A DNA stretch of 64,000 nucleotides from Myxococcota bacterium (GCA_039028615.1 JBCCHT010000037.1:62152-126151); one strand, 5' to 3'. Shown: positions 18,956 to 30,031, counted from the stretch's first letter. Numbers and translations are program-made. The notes: generated by a model not told the origin, from the sequence alone.

Positions 18956-19210
18956 ATGGCCACCGAAGACCTTCTCGGAGCGGTGCTCGCGCTCACTCCC
19001 GAGCAGCGAGAGCGGCTCGCCGAGGAGATCCAAGTGAGTGTGGCCCACGACCGCGGACATGACCCCGCCCAGGTCTCGCCGGATGCCGAACTCACGGCGC
19101 AGCTCGACCGTCGCATCGAGGCGCTCGATCGAGGCGAGGCCAAAACGGTCACCCTCGCAGACGCGCAGGCGAGTGTGATGCGGCGTTTGGCGAGCGTGTC
19201 GAAGAAGTGA
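18956..19210 (+). CDS. Addiction module antitoxin (TIGR02574-like)
   Basis: ALTPEQRERLAEEI..S...LDRRIEALDRG pattern; coupled to the toxin gene. Confidence 0.82.
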   Translation: MATEDLLGAVLALTPEQRERLAEEIQVSVAHDRGHDPAQVSPDAELTAQLDRRIEALDRGEAKTVTLADAQASVMRRLASVSKK

Positions 19211-19509
19211 TCGTCGAGCTGCACGAGGCCGCGTCCGCCGAGTTGGACGACGGTGCCGCGTGGTACGAGGCGCAGCGCGAGGGACTCGGCTACGCGTTCG
19301 CACGCGAGGTCATGACCGCGGCGGAGAAGATCGGCGAGTTCCCGACGACGTGGCCGCGATGGCCGGACCGAGCCGAGATTCGCGTCGTGCGAGTGAAGCG
19401 CTTTCCGTATCACTTGCCCTACGTCGTGCGCGGCGATCGTGCGGTCGTCCTCGCGGTCGCTCACGACAAGCGGCGACGCGGCTACTGGCTCGACGACCGA
19501 GCGCGTTGA
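19207..19509 (+). CDS. Type II TA toxin, RelE/ParE family
   Basis: A.AELDDGAAWYE..R.GLG..F, RFPY.L.Y, VLAVAH..RR.GYW. Confidence 0.9.
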   Translation: MIVELHEAASAELDDGAAWYEAQREGLGYAFAREVMTAAEKIGEFPTTWPRWPDRAEIRVVRVKRFPYHLPYVVRGDRAVVLAVAHDKRRRGYWLDDRAR

Positions 19510-19521
19510 CGGGCGCCCACG

Positions 19522-19557
19522 AAAAAGCGGCAGCGTTCCGAAGAACGTTGCCGCTTT
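19522..19557. terminator. Bidirectional-type terminator between the toxin gene and the tRNA
   Basis: aaagcggcagcgttc-cgaa-gaacgttgccgcttt with A5 on the left and T3 on the right. Confidence 0.75.
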
Positions 19558-19561
19558 GGGG

Positions 19562-19635
<74 letters not shown>

Positions 19636-19930
19636 GTGCCGGCTTCATCACCGCGGTTGCGGTGCGAGCGGGACGCTTTATGCGTCGGTCGCCGGGCGTC
19701 GTCAAGACCACTGTGGGCCGCTTTGATCAAAGTGGAGATCGGTTGCCCGGGAAAAGCGCGTCACCTCCGTATGCTCACATCGGGCCAGACGGTGTTGAGC
19801 GGCGCTAAGTGCCCGTGACTCAACACATTTGCCGCTTGGCACCCGCGTGGTAAGTCGCGAATCGACACCGGGCCATGGCCCGGGCGGAAGGTCCGTCCGC
19901 GCTGGCTTGCCTGGGTCGAAGGCGTTGCCC

Positions 19931-21109
19931 ATGTCTCGCGAAGTCGTGATCGTCAGCGCAGCCCGTACGCCGATCGGTAGCTTCGGCGGTGCGCTGTCCA
20001 CCGTTCCTTCCCCCAAGCTGGGCGCCGTGGCCATCAAGGCCGCCCTCGAGCGCGCTGGCGTCGACGGAGCCGATGTCGACGAGGTGCTGATGGGTTGTGT
20101 GCTCCCCGCCGCGGTCGGCCAGGCCCCCGCTCGCCAGGCCATGATGGGCGCCGGGATCCCCAAGGAGGTCGGCGCGGTCACGGTCAACAAGGTCTGCGGC
20201 TCCGGCCTCAAGACGGTGATGCTCGCGGCGCAGGCCATCAAGGCGGGCGACGCGGAGATCGTGGTCGCCGGCGGCATGGAGAACATGTCCCTGGCTCCGT
20301 ACTACCTGCCCAAGGCCCGCACCGGGTACCGCATGGGCAACGGCGAGCTCGTCGACGGCATGGTCCACGACGGGCTGTGGGATCCGTACAACAACTATCA
20401 CATGGGCAACGCGGGGGAGCTGTGCGCCTCCGAGCGCAAGATCGACCGTGAGCGCCAAGACGCCTACGCGGCGCTGTCGTACCGACGCGCTCAGTCGGCC
20501 GTCAAAGAAGGGCTGTTCGCCGAGGAGATCGTCCCGGTCGAGGTCCCGCAGCGCCGCGGCGACCCGGTGGTGGTCGACTCCGACGAGGAGCCCATGCGCG
20601 GCAACATCGACAAGCTGCCCAAGCTGCGCACCGCGTTCGCCAAGAACGGCACGATCACCGCGGGCAATGCCTCGTCCATCAACGACGGCGCCGCCGCGGT
20701 GGTGGTGATGTCGGCCGAGGAAGCGCAAAAGCGCAAGCTGACCCCGCTGGCCACGATCACCGGGTACGCCGGGGCCGCGCACGCGCCCGAGTGGTTCACC
20801 ACCGCGCCCGCCAAGTCGATCGCCAAGCTGCTCGACAAGACCGGGCACAAGGCGGACGACGTGGACCTGTGGGAGGTCAACGAGGCCTTCGCCGTGGTCT
20901 CGCTGGTCAACCAAGACGAGGTCGGCATCGCCGACGAGCGCATCAACGTGCGCGGCGGTGCGGTGGCCCTGGGTCACCCCATCGGCTGCTCGGGCACCCG
21001 AATCCTGGTCACCCTGCTGCACGCGATGAAGCAGATGGACAAGCAGCGGGGCGTGGCCTCGCTGTGCATCGGTGGCGGCGAGGCCGTGGCCCTGATGGTG
21101 GAGCGATAG
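19931..21109 (+). CDS. Acetyl-CoA C-acetyltransferase (thiolase)
   Basis: VNKVCGSG, TAGNAS.INDGAAA, NEAFA, GHPIGCSG, SLCIGGG. Confidence 0.97.
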   Translation: MSREVVIVSAARTPIGSFGGALSTVPSPKLGAVAIKAALERAGVDGADVDEVLMGCVLPAAVGQAPARQAMMGAGIPKEVGAVTVNKVCGSGLKTVMLAAQAIKAGDAEIVVAGGMENMSLAPYYLPKARTGYRMGNGELVDGMVHDGLWDPYNNYHMGNAGELCASERKIDRERQDAYAALSYRRAQSAVKEGLFAEEIVPVEVPQRRGDPVVVDSDEEPMRGNIDKLPKLRTAFAKNGTITAGNASSINDGAAAVVVMSAEEAQKRKLTPLATITGYAGAAHAPEWFTTAPAKSIAKLLDKTGHKADDVDLWEVNEAFAVVSLVNQDEVGIADERINVRGGAVALGHPIGCSGTRILVTLLHAMKQMDKQRGVASLCIGGGEAVALMVER

Positions 21110-21113
21110 ACGC

Positions 21114-21983
<870 letters not shown>

Positions 21984-22778
21984 GTGGGCTTCGAGACGCT
22001 CCGGGTCCAGGACGAGCCCGTCGAGGGCATCGATGGCAAGATCCGCGTGGTGACCATCGCCCGGCCGAAGGTGCTCAACGCCCTGTCGGCCCAGGTGGTC
22101 GAGGAACTCGGCCAAGTGGTCGAGGCCACAGCGGGCGACGACATTCGCGGGCTGCTGCTCACGGGCGAGGGCAAGGCCTTCGTAGCCGGAGCCGACATCG
22201 CGGCGATGTCCGAGATGTCCCCCGACGAAGCGCTCGCCTTCGCGGGCAAGGGCCACGCGCTGGGGCAGATGCTCGGGGCGTTGCCCATTCCCGTGCTCGC
22301 GGCCGTCAACGGCTTCGCGCTGGGTGGAGGCTGCGAGCTGGCGCTGGCCTGCGACTTCATCTACGCCAGCGAGAAGGCCAAGTTCGGGCAGCCCGAGGTC
22401 AAGCTCGCGGTCATCCCCGGCTTCGGCGGCACCCAGCGGCTGCTTCGTCGCGTGGGCCTGGCCCGGGCCATCGAGCTGTGTCTGACCGGCGACATGATCC
22501 GCGCCGACGAGGCGCTGCGCATCGGCCTGGCCAATCGCGTGCTGCCCCCCGACGAGCTCATCTCGGAGTCGCTGGCGACCCTGAGCCGCATCGCGCAGCA
22601 GGGCCCGGTCGCCGTGGCCAAGGCCAAAGAGGTGCTGCATCGCGGCGCCGACATGCCGCTGGCCGAGGGCAACGAGCTGGAGCAGCAGGCCTTTGCTAGC
22701 CTGTTCGCCACCGCCGACCAGCGCGAGGGCATGGCCGCCTTCCTGGCCAAGCGCCCCGCGAAGTTCACCGGGCGTTGA
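21984..22778 (+). CDS. Enoyl-CoA hydratase (crotonase)
   Basis: LNAL, AFVAGADI, AVNGFALGGGCELA, FGQPEV.L..IPG.GGTQRL. Confidence 0.95.
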   Translation: MGFETLRVQDEPVEGIDGKIRVVTIARPKVLNALSAQVVEELGQVVEATAGDDIRGLLLTGEGKAFVAGADIAAMSEMSPDEALAFAGKGHALGQMLGALPIPVLAAVNGFALGGGCELALACDFIYASEKAKFGQPEVKLAVIPGFGGTQRLLRRVGLARAIELCLTGDMIRADEALRIGLANRVLPPDELISESLATLSRIAQQGPVAVAKAKEVLHRGADMPLAEGNELEQQAFASLFATADQREGMAAFLAKRPAKFTGR

Positions 22779-22830
22779 CCCGTTTCGCCCGCCGAATCCC
22801 ACTTTTTAGAGACGAACGAGAGCCGAGTCG

Positions 22831-23973
22831 ATGGATCTTTCGCTGACCGACGAACAAGAGCAGCTTTTGCGCATGGTGAAGGAATTCGCCGAGCGCGAGA
22901 TCAAGCCGGCCGCCGCCGAGATCGACAAGAACGCTCGGTTTCCGAAGGAGCTGGTCGCTCGCATGGCCGAGCTCGGCCTGCTGGGCATCGAGGTCCCCGT
23001 GGACTACGGGGGCAGCGAGCTCGACACGCTGAGCTACGTCCTCGCCATGGAGGAGATCTCGGCCGCGTGCGCGTCGACCGGGGTCATCATGAGCGTCAAT
23101 AACTCGCTCGTGTGCGACCCGCTGCTGAAGTTCGCGAACGACGAGCAGAAAGAGCAATGGCTCACCCCGCTCGCGTCGGGGGAGAAGCTCGGCTGCTTCA
23201 TGCTCAGCGAGCCCGAGGCGGGCTCGGACGCGGCCGCCCAGAAAACCGTCGCCACGCGCACCGACGGCGGCTACCTCATCGACGGCACCAAGAACTGGAT
23301 CACCAACGGTCCCCAGGCGGACACCGGGATCCTGCTGTGCATGACCGACAAGGAGAAGGGGCACCGCGGCATCACGGCGTTCATCATCGACATGAACGCC
23401 AAGGGCGTGCGTCGGGGTTCCAAGGACGACAAGCTGGGCATCCGCGGTAGCCACAGCTGCCAGATCTTCTTCGACAACCACTTCGTGCCCGACGCTCAGC
23501 GGCTGGGCAACGAGGGCGATGGCTTCAAGGTCGCCATGGCCACGCTCGACTGCGGCCGCATCGGCATCGCGGCGCAGGCCCTGGGCATTGCTCGTGGGGC
23601 GTTCGAGGCGGCGGCCGAGTACGCCTGCGAGCGCAAGACCTTCGGCAAGCGGATCATCGAGCATCAGGCCGTTGCGTTCATGCTGGCCGACATGGAGACC
23701 GAGATCGACGCGGCGCGCTTGCTCACCTGGCGGGCTGCGGCCATGAAGATGGCCAAGCAACGGCACTCCAAGGAGTCGGCCATGGCCAAGCTCATGGCCT
23801 CCGAGGTCGCCAACAAGGTGGCCAAGGACGCCATCCAAGTGCACGGCGGCAACGGCTACGTCAGCGAGTACCCGGTCGAGCGGTTCTACCGAGACGCCAA
23901 GATCACCGAGATCTACGAGGGAACCTCCGAGATCCAGCGGGTCGTCATCTCCTCGCACTTGCTGCGGGGCTGA
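22831..23973 (+). CDS. Acyl-CoA dehydrogenase (short-chain type, all motifs intact)
   Basis: LSEPEAGSD, KNWITN, ERKTFG, QVHGGNG, IYEGTSE. Confidence 0.96.
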   Translation: MDLSLTDEQEQLLRMVKEFAEREIKPAAAEIDKNARFPKELVARMAELGLLGIEVPVDYGGSELDTLSYVLAMEEISAACASTGVIMSVNNSLVCDPLLKFANDEQKEQWLTPLASGEKLGCFMLSEPEAGSDAAAQKTVATRTDGGYLIDGTKNWITNGPQADTGILLCMTDKEKGHRGITAFIIDMNAKGVRRGSKDDKLGIRGSHSCQIFFDNHFVPDAQRLGNEGDGFKVAMATLDCGRIGIAAQALGIARGAFEAAAEYACERKTFGKRIIEHQAVAFMLADMETEIDAARLLTWRAAAMKMAKQRHSKESAMAKLMASEVANKVAKDAIQVHGGNGYVSEYPVERFYRDAKITEIYEGTSEIQRVVISSHLLRG

Positions 23974-24128
23974 AGCAAAGGGGCCGGCGGCGGCATGATG
24001 TCGATGGGCTCGGTATCCCCGATTACGCATCGGTCCTCGGGTCGTGCCCTCGGCCCAGGGCGCTGGCCGCACCGACGAGCGCGGCGGTATAAACACCCCG
24101 AGCCGCCGCTCACTCGAAGGAGCCGACG

Positions 24129-24653
24129 ATGAACCGAAGCGCCCTGTGTCTCGCCCTGCTGATCGCCCTGCCCGTGCTGCCCGGATGCAAGCAGTCCAAG
24201 GACTCGGATAACCCCGACGTCGCCGCGGGCTATCGCGACGACAACAAGTACCAGGACGACATCGTCACCGCCCGGACGCGCAAGGACTACGACGACCAGG
24301 GCCAGGCGATCGATCCCAAGACGCTGGCCGCCATCGAGGACACGATCAAGACCGTGTACCTGCGCGACCTCGAGCGCTGCCTCGAAGACGAGATGGAGAC
24401 CGAGGGCACCCGCTTCATGCGGAGCGTGTTCACGGTGCAGTTCGACATCGACACCGAGGGGCAGGCCGGAGGCGCCAAGGTCCTGGAGATCGGCGTCCGC
24501 AAGCAAAACGCCAAGGGGACCGACGCCGGCGAGGTCGATCCGGCCAGCTTCAAGGGCTGCCTCGAGACCATCATCGCCGAGTGGGTCTTCGACCCCGCCC
24601 CCGAGGCCCCGTACAGCCACACCTACCGCGGACAGGTAGGCGAGGCGTTCTGA
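24129..24653 (+). CDS. Lipoprotein with AgmX/PglI (TonB-C-like) C-terminal domain
   Basis: Lipobox LPGC; C..C pair with VQFDID..G and CL...IAEWVFDP.P pattern. Confidence 0.65.
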   Translation: MNRSALCLALLIALPVLPGCKQSKDSDNPDVAAGYRDDNKYQDDIVTARTRKDYDDQGQAIDPKTLAAIEDTIKTVYLRDLERCLEDEMETEGTRFMRSVFTVQFDIDTEGQAGGAKVLEIGVRKQNAKGTDAGEVDPASFKGCLETIIAEWVFDPAPEAPYSHTYRGQVGEAF

Positions 24654-24669
24654 CCCGACCGCTACCTTC

Positions 24670-25830
24670 ATGATCGACTTTCGCCCCACCGAGCAGCAAC
24701 GGGCCGTCCAAGACAAGGCCCGCGACTTCGCCCAGCAAGTGCTGGCCCCGGCTGCGGTCGGGCTCGACCGCGAGGGGGGCTTTCCCCACGAAAACCTCGC
24801 GGCTGCGGCCAGCGCTGGCCTTTGTGGGGTCAACATCCCCACCGCGCTGGGCGGCCTGGGGGCGGGCGTCGTGTCCTATAGCCTGGCGATCACCGAGACC
24901 GCCCAGGCCTGTGCCGCCACCACCGTCGCGCTGTGCGTGACCAACATGGTCGGCGAGGTCGTGGCGCACTTCGGCAACGACGACCAGCGCACGCACTTCG
25001 TGCCGCGGCTTTGCAGCGGCGAGCTGAAGGTCGGTGCGTTCGCGCTCTCCGAGGCCGGCGCGGGCAGTGACCCCGGCGGCATGCGGACCAAGGCCACGCG
25101 CACCGACAAGGGCTGGGTGATCGAGGGCTCCAAGCTGTGGATCACCAGCGGCACCGATGCTGGGCTCTTCGTCGTGTGGGCCAAGACCAGCGACGCGCCC
25201 GGCACCCGCGGCATCTCGACCTTCCTGGTCCCCGGAGACACGCCGGGCCTGATTCGCGGCAAGCCCGAGCACAAGATGGGCCTCAACGGCAGCACCACCA
25301 CCGCCATCGACTTCGAGGGCTGCGAGGTGGGGCCCGAGGCCTTGCTCGGTGAAGAGGGCCGAGGCTTCCCCGTGGCCATGATGGCACTCGACGGCGGCCG
25401 CATCGGCATCGCCTCGCAATCGCTGGGCATCGGATTGGCCGCCACCGAGACCGCCCGTCGGTTCGCGGTGGAGCGCGAGCGCAACGGTCAGCCGCTGTCC
25501 CGTACGCAAGCCGTGCAGTGGGCCCTGGCCGACAACGCCACCGAGCTCGATGCCGCCCGGCTGCTCACCTTGCGCGCCGCCATGCTCAAGGAGCAGAAGG
25601 TCGCGTTCTCCCGCGAGGCCTCCATCGCCAAGGTCTTCACCACCGAGCGTTCCTTCGCCGCCTGTGGTCGGGCCATCGAGGTCCTGGGCGACGAGGGCAC
25701 CGACGAAGCCGGCGGCGTCGAGCGGAACTTCCGCGACGTGCGGGTCACCATGATCTACGAGGGCACCTCCGAGGTGCAGCGCATCGTCATCAGCCGGGAC
25801 ATCATGCGCCGGTTCTCGCAGGGACACTGA
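24670..25830 (+). CDS. Acyl-CoA dehydrogenase family protein (keeps catalytic half)
   Basis: LSEAGAGSD, KLWITS, IYEGTSE present; RxxFG and QxxGGxG degenerate. Confidence 0.9.
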   Translation: MIDFRPTEQQRAVQDKARDFAQQVLAPAAVGLDREGGFPHENLAAAASAGLCGVNIPTALGGLGAGVVSYSLAITETAQACAATTVALCVTNMVGEVVAHFGNDDQRTHFVPRLCSGELKVGAFALSEAGAGSDPGGMRTKATRTDKGWVIEGSKLWITSGTDAGLFVVWAKTSDAPGTRGISTFLVPGDTPGLIRGKPEHKMGLNGSTTTAIDFEGCEVGPEALLGEEGRGFPVAMMALDGGRIGIASQSLGIGLAATETARRFAVERERNGQPLSRTQAVQWALADNATELDAARLLTLRAAMLKEQKVAFSREASIAKVFTTERSFAACGRAIEVLGDEGTDEAGGVERNFRDVRVTMIYEGTSEVQRIVISRDIMRRFSQGH

Positions 25831-25833
25831 GCC

Positions 25834-26988
25834 ATGGATCTTTCGCTGACCGAAGAGGACGAGCTGCTCCGCGACACCGTGCGCGAGCTGGGCCAGCAAC
25901 GGGTTCGCCCGCACGCGATCGAGTGGGACGAAGCCCGCGCCTTGCCCGAAGGTCTGATGGCCGAGCTGGGCGAGATGGGGCTCACCGCCATGGAGCTGCC
26001 CGAGGACGAGGGCGGCACCGCGCTGTCGGCTGTGGCCGCGGCGGCATTGGTGGGTGAGCTTGCGGCGGCCGATGGAGCGCTGGCGCTGCGGGTGCTTCGG
26101 CACAACACGTTCGGGCTGGGGCACGTGATGCTCGGGCTTGCCGACGACGTGCGTGAGGCGGAGCTGCCCGCGATGGCCGAGGGCCGCGTCGAGGTAGCGT
26201 GGGCGCTCTCCGAGCAGGGGAGCACCACCGATCCGGGGTCGATTCAGACGCGAGCGGTTCGTGACGGCGACCACTGGGTGCTCGATGGGCACAAGCAGCA
26301 TGTCGTGGGCGGAGCGACGGCCGGGCGCATCGTGGTGCTCGCCACGACGGCCAAGGGCGACTCGACTGCGGACGACATCGTGGCGTTGTTGGTCGATGGT
26401 GATGCGGATGGGCTGACGCGGGGCGAGCCCGTGCGGACCATGGGCATGCGTGCCGCCGGGACGGCGCATTTGCGGTTCGAGCAGGTGCGGGTGCCTGCGT
26501 CGCGGATGCTGGGCGAACCTGGACAAGCCTGGGGTCACGCCATGGAACTGCTCGACCGTGCCCGCATCGGGATGGCCGCGCTCGCGTGCGGCATCGGTCG
26601 TGGCGCGCTGCAGGTGTCCACGGCGTATGCCAAGGAGCGCGAGCAGTTCGGTAAGCCGATCGCGTCGTTCCAGGCGATTCAGTGGAAGCTCGCCGACATG
26701 GCCACGACCCTCGAGGCGGCTTGGCTGCTCACGATGCGGGCGGCGTGGCTGTGTGACAGCGGGCAGGAGTTCGCGGCCGCGGCCAGCCGGGCCAAGATTG
26801 CGGCTACGACTGCGGCGACGCGGGGCTGCTCCGAGGCGCTGCAGGTGCACGGGGGCTACGGCTACACGCGTGAATTCCCGGTCGAGAAGGCGCTTCGCGA
26901 CGCGCGGTGGTGCGAAAGCAGCGGGGGGACCAACGAGGTGCCCCGTACGCTCGTCTCGCAGGCGATCGCAGCTCGCTACACGGGCTGA
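25834..26988 (+). CDS. Acyl-CoA dehydrogenase family protein (catalytic Glu motif absent; probable partner subunit)
   Basis: EREQFG and QVHGGYG present; YEGT replaced by SGGT, GSD by TTD. Confidence 0.88.
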   Translation: MDLSLTEEDELLRDTVRELGQQRVRPHAIEWDEARALPEGLMAELGEMGLTAMELPEDEGGTALSAVAAAALVGELAAADGALALRVLRHNTFGLGHVMLGLADDVREAELPAMAEGRVEVAWALSEQGSTTDPGSIQTRAVRDGDHWVLDGHKQHVVGGATAGRIVVLATTAKGDSTADDIVALLVDGDADGLTRGEPVRTMGMRAAGTAHLRFEQVRVPASRMLGEPGQAWGHAMELLDRARIGMAALACGIGRGALQVSTAYAKEREQFGKPIASFQAIQWKLADMATTLEAAWLLTMRAAWLCDSGQEFAAAASRAKIAATTAATRGCSEALQVHGGYGYTREFPVEKALRDARWCESSGGTNEVPRTLVSQAIAARYTG

Positions 26989-26997
26989 GGGCCTCGT

Positions 26998-28794
26998 CTA
27001 GTCGAGGCCCCAGAGCACCGCGGCTTCGAACATCTGCAGGCCGATGGTCCCGAGCTGGCCGTTGGCTCCGAAACCACCGTCCACATCGCCGCCGAAGCCA
27101 ATTCGTCGCCCGGGCGCCGTGAACCCGTTGTCCATCGTATCGCCCGCCTCGAAGGCATAGATGGTCACCTCATCCGGCGCACCGACCCGCGAAGCAACCA
27201 CCTGAGCCCCGGCCGGCGGCGAGACGTGGAAAATACCCGAGCCCGGATCTTCGAGCATGAACTCCACGGTCCCCGTCTGCCCCGCGGCGATCGGATGGGT
27301 CTCATCGACAATTGTGATGTCGATGTCGTCCACGGCGATACCCGCCTGCGACATGAACATGTCGTCCCAGATGAGCGCCTCCATCACCAACACGGGCTCG
27401 TCGACATCACGGAACGTGTCGCCCACCTGAAACGACGTCGCGCTCTCGCTGACGACCACGATCGCAGTCGGATCGGCATCGGCGGCGGTCGACAAGTTGT
27501 CCTGGCTCAAGATGACGGTCAGCCCCAAGGACTGCAGCAGCGGCACCATCGGCGCATCGAGTGACGAGTTCGCCGTCCCGTTCTGCGTGACGAGCAAGGC
27601 ACAGCGCTCGGTGCCCGGCGAGGAGTCGTCGCAGTCGCTTCCTTCCTCGGCCCCAGGCGCGACATTGGGCGCATTCCAGTCGCCCCAACCGTCGCCATCA
27701 TCATCGATGGTGCACAGCTCGGGCTCGGAGGTGGCGGCACCCGTGAAGACCTCGGGGTTGGTGTCCGAGCAGTCGGTCCCAATCTCCACGCCCGCGGGCG
27801 GCGTGGTGTCGCCGTACTCGTCCCCATCCTCGTCGCGCAGGCACGCCGTATCGAGCGGTGGAGTCTCGAGCGGTGCGGCACCGGGGAAGGTGAAGTCCGA
27901 GCCGTCATCACAGTCGCTGCCCGCGTTCGCACCGGGCGGCGGCATGGTGGGCCCCCAGCCGTCACCATCAGCATCGATGGTGCACAAGGTGGGCTCGTTG
28001 ATGGCGGCACCCGGGAACACGTCGATGTTCCCGTCGTCGCAGTCATCGTCGTTGGGCACGTGATCGGGCGACGGCGGGTTCCCCATGGTGCCCGGCTCGC
28101 AGTTGGTCGGATCGCCAAACCCATCACCATCGATGTCGATGCACCACGTCGTATCGCAGCGCCCCGCACCCGGGTCTTCGTCGTCGCAGTCGGTGCCAGG
28201 GTCGACGCCCATGCCGGGATTCGGATCACCGAACCCATCGTCATCGTCGTCGTTGGTACACGCGTTGGGGTCTTCGTTCTCGGCCGCACCCGGGAAGGTG
28301 TTGGCGTCGTCGTCGTCGCAGTCGCCCTGATCGGTCGGCGGGATGTGCCCCGGCGGCGGATCGGTGGGGTCCGCGTCGACGCAGCTGTCGAGGTCGGCGA
28401 ACCCATCGCCGTCGGAGTCGAGGCAAAACGGCTCGAGCCCGCTGGTGCCATCGCCTTCGGTCTCGTCGCCCTCGGTCTCGTCACCCTGCGTCTCGTCGCC
28501 GTCGGTGTCGCTCCCGTCGGTGTCGTCGGCCCCGGTGCCATCGCCCGAGCCGGGGCTGCTCCCGCCGCCCTGCGAGGCGCCTCCGCTGCCGTCGTCGTCG
28601 AGGCTGACGCCGCCGCCGTCGGTGCCCATGCCGTCGTCGGAGCCTGCGCCACTGGTTGCGCCACCCTGCGAGACCGCCGCGCAGTTGCCCGAGCCGAAGC
28701 CGTCGTCGATGCAGGGGTCTCCGCACCCCACCAGCGCAAACGTGGTCGAGCTGGCGACGAGCCCCAATACAGAGTGCAAGCGAAGCAAGTTCAT
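26998..28794 (-). CDS. Acidic lipoprotein with MopE-related DxDGDG...DCDD repeats and a C-terminal alpha/beta domain
   Basis: Lipobox LVGC, G/D/T linker, about 7 D.DGDG..D......DCDD....FPGA units. Confidence 0.85.
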   Translation of the reverse strand: MNLLRLHSVLGLVASSTTFALVGCGDPCIDDGFGSGNCAAVSQGGATSGAGSDDGMGTDGGGVSLDDDGSGGASQGGGSSPGSGDGTGADDTDGSDTDGDETQGDETEGDETEGDGTSGLEPFCLDSDGDGFADLDSCVDADPTDPPPGHIPPTDQGDCDDDDANTFPGAAENEDPNACTNDDDDDGFGDPNPGMGVDPGTDCDDEDPGAGRCDTTWCIDIDGDGFGDPTNCEPGTMGNPPSPDHVPNDDDCDDGNIDVFPGAAINEPTLCTIDADGDGWGPTMPPPGANAGSDCDDGSDFTFPGAAPLETPPLDTACLRDEDGDEYGDTTPPAGVEIGTDCSDTNPEVFTGAATSEPELCTIDDDGDGWGDWNAPNVAPGAEEGSDCDDSSPGTERCALLVTQNGTANSSLDAPMVPLLQSLGLTVILSQDNLSTAADADPTAIVVVSESATSFQVGDTFRDVDEPVLVMEALIWDDMFMSQAGIAVDDIDITIVDETHPIAAGQTGTVEFMLEDPGSGIFHVSPPAGAQVVASRVGAPDEVTIYAFEAGDTMDNGFTAPGRRIGFGGDVDGGFGANGQLGTIGLQMFEAAVLWGLD

Positions 28795-28855
28795 AGGTGT
28801 TTCCCTTCCATGTGCGCGGTCGTGGTGTGGGGGGCAGGCCCCCAGGCCGCATGCA

Positions 28856-30031
28856 TCAGTCCGGGCGTGCCTCGGGCGGACCGAACGAGAGCAGGGTGTC
28901 CGTCATCGAGGCGTGCTGCAACCTGATCCATGCCGAGGAACGAGCAATGGAGGAAATTCGCACTTCGTCGAGCTCGCCCTCGAGGCGATGGCCGATGGCG
29001 AGAGGCTGGTCGTTGACGGTCAGCAAGCGTTGTTCGGCCGGGTCGTCGAGGGTCATGGAGGTCTCGACGGTGCCGTTGCGCGCGATGATCAGCGTGCCTT
29101 CGTCGGCGCGATAGGTGGCGACGACGTAGGTCCAGTCGTCGCCCAGCGAGCCACCGGCCTCGATGCTCGGGGCGTCGGCGGCGGTGCGCACGGTGACGGC
29201 GGGCCGCCTCGAGGGGGGCGCGGCACTCATGGTGCTGAGGGAGTAGGAGCCGTTCTTGATGGCGGCGAAGCGGTCGCCGTTGGCCTCGCCTTCGACCACC
29301 GAGACCCAGGCTTCGATGGTGATGGCTTCGGACAGTGCCAGCGCGTCGCCCGAGAGAAGCTCCATGCCGTTGCGGGGAGCCTCGCCGACTTGGAAGCGGG
29401 CCGCGTTGCCGATGACGCCGGGCACGTCGAGGGTGCCGTCGAAGGTCTCGAGCGACAGGTCGTGCCCGGAGCCGCTGGCGTCGGGCATGGTCGAGGCATC
29501 GCTGCCGGTCATGTGCCAGATGGCTTCGAAGTGTTCGTCCCAGACGATGGACGGCGCGGCGGGATCGAAGGCCTCGGCGTCGCCGTAGTACATCCAGAAG
29601 TGATCGGGCACGGCGTCGCCGGACAGGCGCACCCAGACGAGCGAGGTGCCGTCGGGGTCCCATTGCTCGATCTGGGCGGGCAGGGCGGTGGTCCCATCGT
29701 CGGCGAAGAACCGCAGGTCGACGCCGCCCGCCTCGGTGAGGTCGTATTCGATGCGGCTGTCGTCGAGCACCACGAGCACGGTGGCGTCCTCGGTGACGCC
29801 GACGTGCTCGGCCGCCACGTCGAGTCGGCGTCGGCGAGCGGAGGGCAGGGCGGTGCCTCCGGTGTCATCTTCGGTCGTCTCGTCGCTGTCGGCCGCGCCC
29901 TGGCTGCCCGCACTGCTGCTGTCACCGAGCCCCGGGTTGCCTCCGCCCTGGCCTCCGGCGCTGGGTTGGCAGGCGACCAGAGCTCCGAGGAGCCCCGGCC
30001 CCATGAATCGAGTGACGCGACGAACGATCAT
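28856..30031 (-). CDS. DUF2341 + LamG-like jellyroll lipoprotein
   Basis: Lipobox LVAC; DLRF..DDG...LP.QIEQWD....LVWV, WMYYG, DASG.GH, GELDEVRISSIARS.AWI. Confidence 0.85.
   Translation of the reverse strand: MIVRRVTRFMGPGLLGALVACQPSAGGQGGGNPGLGDSSSAGSQGAADSDETTEDDTGGTALPSARRRRLDVAAEHVGVTEDATVLVVLDDSRIEYDLTEAGGVDLRFFADDGTTALPAQIEQWDPDGTSLVWVRLSGDAVPDHFWMYYGDAEAFDPAAPSIVWDEHFEAIWHMTGSDASTMPDASGSGHDLSLETFDGTLDVPGVIGNAARFQVGEAPRNGMELLSGDALALSEAITIEAWVSVVEGEANGDRFAAIKNGSYSLSTMSAAPPSRRPAVTVRTAADAPSIEAGGSLGDDWTYVVATYRADEGTLIIARNGTVETSMTLDDPAEQRLLTVNDQPLAIGHRLEGELDEVRISSIARSSAWIRLQHASMTDTLLSFGPPEARPD

Noticed and set aside
27600..28420. DCDD/DGDG repeats as a novel repeat family
   Set aside because: They match the known MopE-related metal-binding repeats that are common in myxobacteria
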